Below are positions 58,502-64,000 of a DNA stretch of 64,000 nucleotides, one piece after another (positions within the stretch are counted from its first letter, which is position 1; every line of letters begins with the position of its first letter). Made by a program: the position numbers and the translations under genes. The notes under the pieces are model-generated. The model did not search any database and had not been told where the DNA came from. It saw only the letters and a program-made list of their open reading frames with translations. This stretch comes from a bacterium. GTDB lineage: Bacteria; Bacillota_I; Bacilli_A; RFN20; CAG-826. The DNA lies in contig CAVFKA010000010.1 in assembly GCA_963623195.1 (NCBI GenBank), positions 200,974 through 264,973 of the forward strand, in the 5' to 3' direction.

Positions 58502-60157
58502 ATGCAAAAATTCAAAGTTAGAATTGGAAACGAAGAAAAAGAATTTGACAAAAAAGTTTCCATCTTGTCCTTACTTTCAGATGAGCAAAGAGCCGACAAG
58601 AACATCATTTGTGCAAAAGTTAATAATCGTGTCAGAGAATTAACATACGAAATTTATTACGACGCTGAAGTTGAGTTATTAGATTTAACTTCTTCTCAAG
58701 CCATGAAAATGTATGAAGCGTCCCTAAGATATCTTCTTTCTATGGCTTTTAGTAAGGCTTATCCAGATCTTCATATACGTTTAGCCTACAACATTTCGCG
58801 TTGCATTTCCGTTCATTTGCTTGATCCAAACGTCCATGCAAACAACGCCATGTTAGAAAAAGTCACGGAGGAATTGAATAATATTGTCGCAGCCGACTAT
58901 TCCTTTAGCCGCCTTGTTGTTCCTAACTCCGAGGCTGAAAAAATTTACGATGAAAGAGGGTTTGGAGATAAAAAAGACATTCTCAAATATCGCCCTGAAA
59001 AAACCGTCCATTTATATGAATGTAATGGCTATTTGGACTACATGTATTCACATTTAGTGCCATCCACTGGCTATATTCGTGATTTCAAAATTCATCTTTA
59101 TGGAAAAGGATTCTTAGTCCAATATCCACGTAGTGAATGCGGAGGAAAGATTCCTGAATTCGAAGACGCCCCAACATTTAGAAGAATCTTAAAAGAATCC
59201 CATGACTGGGCTAAAGTCGTTGGTATCTCAACTGTTGCAGGTATCAATAACGAAATAAAAACAGCCGGTGCGGCCGAACTCGTTAATGTTTGCGAACATA
59301 GGCATAACCGTCAATTGGTTGAATTAGGACAGATGATCGAAGACGACATCAAAGACATTAGAATCATTTGTATCGCCGGTCCTTCATCTTCAGGAAAAAC
59401 GACTTTTGCCAATCGTTTAAGAATCGAACTTCTATCTAGAGGCATCAAACCAATCCGTATTTCAACCGATGACTACTATAAGTCAAGAGAGAATACCCCA
59501 TTAGGCGAAGATGGCCTTCCAGATTACGAATGCATCGAGGCAATCGATATTAAATATTTCAACGAAAACTTAATTAGCCTCATCAATGGTGAGGAAACAG
59601 AGCTCCCAAGATTTGATTTCACAATTGGAAAACGTGTTTTCGGAAGAAAATTGAAACTCGAAAAAGACCAGCCAATCATTATCGAAGGCATCCATGCCCT
59701 CAATGATCGCTTGACTTATCAAATTCCAAAGTCACAAAAATTCAAGATCTTCATCTCGCCACAAGCCCAGATCAATCTTGATGACCATAACCCACTCTCA
59801 TTGACCGATTTACGTTTGCTTAGAAGATTAGTTAGAGATAAGAAATTCAGAAATTCTTCAGCTGAAGAGACCTTCTCTTTGTGGGCAAAAGTCAGAGCTG
59901 GCGAATTCAAATGGATTTATCCATATCAAGAAGGTTGCGATTATGTTTTCAACTCCTTCTTGCCATACGAACTCGCGATAATGAAGAAATACGCAATGCC
60001 GCTTCTTCAAAGCTTGTCAAATGATTCACCATATCATTCCGACGCACATCGTTTGATGGGAATGTTAAAATATTTCATAGATATGCCTGATGAATGGGTT
60101 CCTTCAAATTCCTTAATGAGGGAATTCATTGGCGGTTCATGTTACGCTGACGTATAA
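58502..60157 (+). CDS. Uridine/cytidine-kinase-family protein with N-terminal TGS / ThrRS-SAD-like domains
   Basis: 551 aa with SD AGGAGG. P-loop GPSSSGKTTF at aa ~295 followed by PRK/uridine-kinase-like blocks. The N-terminal ~250 aa resemble the ThrRS N-terminal modules. Confidence 0.75.
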   Translation: MQKFKVRIGNEEKEFDKKVSILSLLSDEQRADKNIICAKVNNRVRELTYEIYYDAEVELLDLTSSQAMKMYEASLRYLLSMAFSKAYPDLHIRLAYNISRCISVHLLDPNVHANNAMLEKVTEELNNIVAADYSFSRLVVPNSEAEKIYDERGFGDKKDILKYRPEKTVHLYECNGYLDYMYSHLVPSTGYIRDFKIHLYGKGFLVQYPRSECGGKIPEFEDAPTFRRILKESHDWAKVVGISTVAGINNEIKTAGAAELVNVCEHRHNRQLVELGQMIEDDIKDIRIICIAGPSSSGKTTFANRLRIELLSRGIKPIRISTDDYYKSRENTPLGEDGLPDYECIEAIDIKYFNENLISLINGEETELPRFDFTIGKRVFGRKLKLEKDQPIIIEGIHALNDRLTYQIPKSQKFKIFISPQAQINLDDHNPLSLTDLRLLRRLVRDKKFRNSSAEETFSLWAKVRAGEFKWIYPYQEGCDYVFNSFLPYELAIMKKYAMPLLQSLSNDSPYHSDAHRLMGMLKYFIDMPDEWVPSNSLMREFIGGSCYADV

Positions 60158-60162
60158 AAATT

Positions 60163-60187
60163 AGCCTTGGTTAACAAGGCTTTTTTA
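60163..60187. terminator. Intrinsic terminator after the uridine-kinase-like gene (bidirectional context)
   Basis: AGCCTTG-GTTAA-CAAGGCT followed by TTTTTT. Confidence 0.75.
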
Positions 60188-60224
60188 AAACAAATTTTAG
60201 AAAAATAAAGGAGACGTGTATGCG

Positions 60225-61340
60225 TTATTGCTTATTTTCGTTAAGTTTTTGCCAACGTTTTTGCATTACTGCGTATGCGGCATTTAACTCCGAGCGATAA
60301 AGGGATTGCATCCTAATGTAGGATTGTTGTTCTTCTTTGCTAGTTGTTGATAAATATAGTGAGGAAAAAACCTTTTCAATCCTAAAGAAAGACTCATAAA
60401 GATTGATAAGTGTTATCAAATAGAAATACGTCTTTCTTGAATATATGAGTAACGGAGAGGAGTGAGCAATTTCAGAAGACATCTCGTATACTTTTGAATA
60501 ATCACGAAGTTTAGCCGCTCTTTCAACGCCATCACGGAAATTAAGCTTGAAACCTTCTTCTTTTTCGATATCTGGTATGGCGTATAACCAGCCATATTCG
60601 ATGAAACGTTTCATGTCTTTGCTCTTAAGATCATGTTCTTTCATTTCGGATTTGATTTGCTCAAAAACCTTATCAGTCTCTTCTTTTGTAGGCATGCCAC
60701 TTCTAAAACAAAGGGCATATTGCATATGTTTGAGGTATCTTTCGATTGCTTTTTGCCCATATTTTACAAGCGACAAAAGGATGCATTCATTTTCATGAAG
60801 AGTTCTCCAAGTTGAGAATGCTTCAGTTTCAAATCCACCGATTAATAAAGAAACGATACATTGGGCCATTGAAAAACCTTTTTGCATTATATCGACGATC
60901 AAAGTTTGCTTTGGGTCTCCTTGTTTGTATCTTGCAAGCATTCCGAGAATGAAATTTATATATAAGGATATAGTTGATATTTCAGGTTGAAAGCGATTCG
61001 ATGAAGCTGAGTTCTTGTATGAGAGATGTTCGTTTGTATAATATTTATCCAAAGCAATCGATAATAAGAATTGTTCATATTGTTCATCATCGATGAGTTT
61101 TTCTTCTTTGTCTTCTTGGTGCGTTAGCAAATAAAAATAATGCTCATTTGCCAAGTAAAGGGTCAAAGTTATGTCATTAACATCCAAATTTGCGATTGCA
61201 TCGTTGCTTTCAGCGAAGCTTTTTGATGATTCTTTAGCGTCTACATAAAGCGAATATAAAAACTCCCTATTAAGTGTTGGAGGAATCTTCAACGCGTCCA
61301 ATAAAGCGTAATATTTTTCTTTTTCTAGAATGCTCGACAT
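60225..61340 (-). CDS. Hypothetical all-alpha protein, family not recognised
   Basis: 371-aa ORF with no TM segments and no catalytic motif I can name. No SD; a TAGAAT hexamer lies 6 nt upstream of the ATG. Confidence 0.6.
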   Translation of the reverse strand: MSSILEKEKYYALLDALKIPPTLNREFLYSLYVDAKESSKSFAESNDAIANLDVNDITLTLYLANEHYFYLLTHQEDKEEKLIDDEQYEQFLLSIALDKYYTNEHLSYKNSASSNRFQPEISTISLYINFILGMLARYKQGDPKQTLIVDIMQKGFSMAQCIVSLLIGGFETEAFSTWRTLHENECILLSLVKYGQKAIERYLKHMQYALCFRSGMPTKEETDKVFEQIKSEMKEHDLKSKDMKRFIEYGWLYAIPDIEKEEGFKLNFRDGVERAAKLRDYSKVYEMSSEIAHSSPLLIYSRKTYFYLITLINLYESFFRIEKVFSSLYLSTTSKEEQQSYIRMQSLYRSELNAAYAVMQKRWQKLNENKQ

Positions 61341-61441
61341 GGTTTTATTCTACATTCTTTTCTTAAAATTGAAATAGATAATATCAAAAAGTTCGTAACA
61401 TCCTTCTTTTAGGTTGTTACAAATGTATCAAATGGAAGATT

Positions 61442-61720
61442 TCATCTATCTTCTAATTCATAGCCGATAGCCATGTTTCCTGAAAGAGAGTTCAAATAAT
61501 GGGCGATTATATCCCCTTCATTTTTGTAACCAGAAATAATTATTTCCTTGTTAATGAAATGATTTTCTGGGTGTTTTTCCTTTTTGAAAATCTCTTTCAT
61601 TTCATCTAATGTCATTACCTCAAGATGCAAAGAAAATTCCTTTTTGAGTTTCGTGTAATAAGGAATTCTTTCTTTTATGGATATAACTACGTATTCTTTT
61701 TCAGGCAAAAACTTTATCAT
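61442..61720 (-). CDS. Hypothetical small protein
   Basis: 92-aa ORF 15 nt downstream of the glpK stop. A hairpin (GTAACAxCC stem) follows it. Confidence 0.5.
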   Translation of the reverse strand: MIKFLPEKEYVVISIKERIPYYTKLKKEFSLHLEVMTLDEMKEIFKKEKHPENHFINKEIIISGYKNEGDIIAHYLNSLSGNMAIGYELEDR

Positions 61721-61735
61721 GCCCTTATATTATAG

Positions 61736-63220
61736 CTACTTTTTTGGTTTGTAAGCACGAGTTGCTTTAACGGCCTCTTGCCAACCAGCATATAGTTCAT
61801 CCGCTTCTTCTTTGCTCATTTGAGGGCTAAAACGTTTAGAACATGTATGATTTGCTTCAATTTCTTTAAGATCTTTCCAGAAACCGCATCCTAATCCTGC
61901 TAAATATCCGGCACCTAATGCAGTCGTTTCAACGCATGCTGGCAATCTAACTTCAGCTTGTAAAATATCAGCTTGGAATTGCATGAGGAGGTTATTTGCT
62001 GATGCGCCTCCATCGACTTTGAGAACCTTTAAATCAAGTCCTGCGTCTTCTTGCATCGTTTTGATGACGTCAGTTGATTGATAAGCGATTGAATATAAGG
62101 CGGCCCTTGCGATATTATGGCGATCGGCTCCTCTAGTTAAGCCAAAAATGGCGCCTCTAGCATCATCATCCCAATATGGGGTTCCAAGTCCAACAAAGGC
62201 TGGTACGACATAAACTCCATTCGTGTCTGGTCTTCTTGTCGCATATTCCTCAGACTGTGAAGAATCCTTGAACCAAGCCATTTCGTCACGAAGCCATTGG
62301 ACAACGGCTCCTCCAATAAAGACAGACCCTTCAAGAGCGTATGTGATTTCTCCATTTATCCTCCAACCTATTGTTGTTAAGAGGCCCTTATCAGAAATGA
62401 TCGGTTTATCCCCGCAATTCATGAGCATGAAGCAACCAGTTCCGTAGGTGTTCTTAGATTGTCCTTTTTCAAAACAGCATTGACCAAATAAGGCAGCTTG
62501 TTGGTCGCCTGCGACACCGAATATATGGACTCCTCCCGCAAAGAAAGACGCTTCACCAAAATCAGCGTTGTTATCTTTGACTTCTGGCAACATGTTCTTG
62601 TTTATGCCCCACATCTTGAGGAGTTCATCATCCCAGCATAGATCTTTAATATTGAATAAAAGGGTTCTTGAAGCATTTGAATAATCTGTTGCGTGAACCT
62701 TTCCTTTAGTCATCTTATAAATAAGCCAAGTATCAATCGTGCCAAAAAGAAGTTCGCCTTTATTCATTCTTTCTTCCGCATGAGGTACTTTTTCTAAAAT
62801 GAAACGAATTTTTGAAGCAGAAAAATATGGGTTGATTCTAAGACCTGTTTTCTCATGGATGAATTCCATTTTGTCATTAAATCTTTCGCATATTTCCTGT
62901 GTTTCTTTTGATTGCCATACGATAGCGTTATGAATGGCTTTGCCAGTCTTTTTGTCCCAAATAACAGTGGTTTCTCTCTGATTTGTGATGCCGATTGCGG
63001 CTATTTCATCCATTGAAGCCCCAGAAACAATCAACAATTCATTGATGACGTCAACAACTGAAATCCAAATGGAATTTGCGTCTTGCTCGACCCAGCCTGG
63101 TTTAGGATAGAGGCAATCAACAGGACGTTGAGCCTGATATAATTTCTCTCCACTTTGAGAGATAAGAATGGCACGCGTTGATGTTGTGCCTTGGTCGATA
63201 GCCAAAACGTATTTCTTCAT
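61736..63220 (-). CDS. glpK: Glycerol kinase
   Basis: Start set at ATG 63220 (MKKYVLAIDQGTTSTRAIL) with SD GAAAGGAA. FGGY-family motifs are present throughout. The ORF-track start at 63265 adds 15 unsupported residues. Confidence 0.95.
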   Translation of the reverse strand: MKKYVLAIDQGTTSTRAILISQSGEKLYQAQRPVDCLYPKPGWVEQDANSIWISVVDVINELLIVSGASMDEIAAIGITNQRETTVIWDKKTGKAIHNAIVWQSKETQEICERFNDKMEFIHEKTGLRINPYFSASKIRFILEKVPHAEERMNKGELLFGTIDTWLIYKMTKGKVHATDYSNASRTLLFNIKDLCWDDELLKMWGINKNMLPEVKDNNADFGEASFFAGGVHIFGVAGDQQAALFGQCCFEKGQSKNTYGTGCFMLMNCGDKPIISDKGLLTTIGWRINGEITYALEGSVFIGGAVVQWLRDEMAWFKDSSQSEEYATRRPDTNGVYVVPAFVGLGTPYWDDDARGAIFGLTRGADRHNIARAALYSIAYQSTDVIKTMQEDAGLDLKVLKVDGGASANNLLMQFQADILQAEVRLPACVETTALGAGYLAGLGCGFWKDLKEIEANHTCSKRFSPQMSKEEADELYAGWQEAVKATRAYKPKK

Positions 63221-63323
63221 CTTATTTATATTCCTTTCGGATATGGTAAAGATATTATCGTACAATTTTGAGAAAATAAAAAGGCTTTGAATGATTCAAA
63301 GCCGATTATTATTTATCGATATA

Positions 63324-64000
63324 TTAGAAGTTTTTGCTTGCCAAGGCGTTTTCGATTTCGGAAACTTCCTTAACTATCTTGTTTGTAAGGACATCGCAGC
63401 CTTCATTTGTGATCAATAAATCATCTTCAATGCGGATACCGATTCCTTTATCTGCCATATATAAGCCAGGTTCATCAGAGATGATCATTCCTGCTTCAAG
63501 CGGGACGTCCTTGTATTCTCTTGAATTGACATTTAAATATGGATCATGGGTATCTAAGCCTATGAAATGCGATATTCCATGGAAGAAATAATTGGTGATG
63601 TCTTCCTTGTTTTCAATGAATCCAGCAGCAAGGCATTCTTTAGCGAGGTATTCTTCTGCTGCTTTTTGAAGGTCAGAGATTGTCACGCCTGGTTTTGCTT
63701 TGTTGGCAATCATCTTGTTGCAGCCAAGAACGATTTCATAAACTTGTTTTTGAAGAGGGGTGAACTTTCCATTAACAGGGACGGTACGTGTGACGTCTGC
63801 GCAATAGAAATTCTTTCTTGCACCCAAATCGGATAAGAGCAAATCGCCATCTTTAAGGGTATCCATTGGGGTTGGGTAATGAAGAACCGTGCCATGGATT
63901 CCTGAAGCCATGATTGTTGGGAAAGCTAAGCCTTCATAACCATTGAGATCATTTACTGTTTTAAGGAAAAGATCGGCTAATTCATATTCTTTCATTCCCG
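63324..64000 (-). CDS. Xaa-Pro aminopeptidase (M24B), C-terminal catalytic domain; 5' end lies beyond the window
   Basis: Pita-bread metal ligands in context (DLGARKNFYCADVTRT, HGISHFIGLDTHD, SDEPGLY, RIEDD). Homologs have an N-terminal domain, so the gene is truncated by the window edge. Confidence 0.85.
   Translation of the reverse strand, partial: GMKEYELADLFLKTVNDLNGYEGLAFPTIMASGIHGTVLHYPTPMDTLKDGDLLLSDLGARKNFYCADVTRTVPVNGKFTPLQKQVYEIVLGCNKMIANKAKPGVTISDLQKAAEEYLAKECLAAGFIENKEDITNYFFHGISHFIGLDTHDPYLNVNSREYKDVPLEAGMIISDEPGLYMADKGIGIRIEDDLLITNEGCDVLTNKIVKEVSEIENALASKNF

Overview
This is a low-GC window (mid/upper 30s % GC by eye) from a Bacillota/Mollicutes-like chromosome. It is densely coded, mostly on the minus strand, and uses the standard genetic code: TGA works as a stop, for example in the potC/potD ATGA overlap. 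No database or covariance searches were possible, so all calls rest on motifs read from the translations and DNA.

**Core content**
- potABCD, tyrS, and groES-groEL with a CIRCE operator.
- A coenzyme/tRNA cluster: coaX, an ECF S component, pepV, trmB, a ytpR-like gene and pncB.
- glgC-glgD-glgA followed directly by leuS, then rpmB.
- A compacted version of the B. subtilis 'ylo' region: rqcH | gmk-priA-...-rsmB-like-rlmN-stp-prkC-like-rpe.
- The full atpIBEFHAGDC operon, a TGS/uridine-kinase fusion, glpK and a partial M24 aminopeptidase.
- One tRNA-Cys(GCA). No rRNA, CRISPR array, transposase or integrase was seen.

**Accessory or unusual content**
- A tightly packed four-gene c-di-GMP module with an orphan solute-binding lipoprotein (1.3-7.7 kb).
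- An apparently domain-permuted family III CoA-transferase.
- A decayed stretch downstream of tRNA-Cys. It contains a TasA/camelysin-like secreted protein fused to a beta-helix domain, whose leader and signal-peptide codons form an abrupt high-GC patch.
- An RsmB homolog that has lost both catalytic cysteines.
- An ATP synthase c subunit carrying a Na+-binding (two-carboxylate) signature.
- An XRE regulator gene broken at two homopolymer runs.
- Several candidate leaderless mRNAs.
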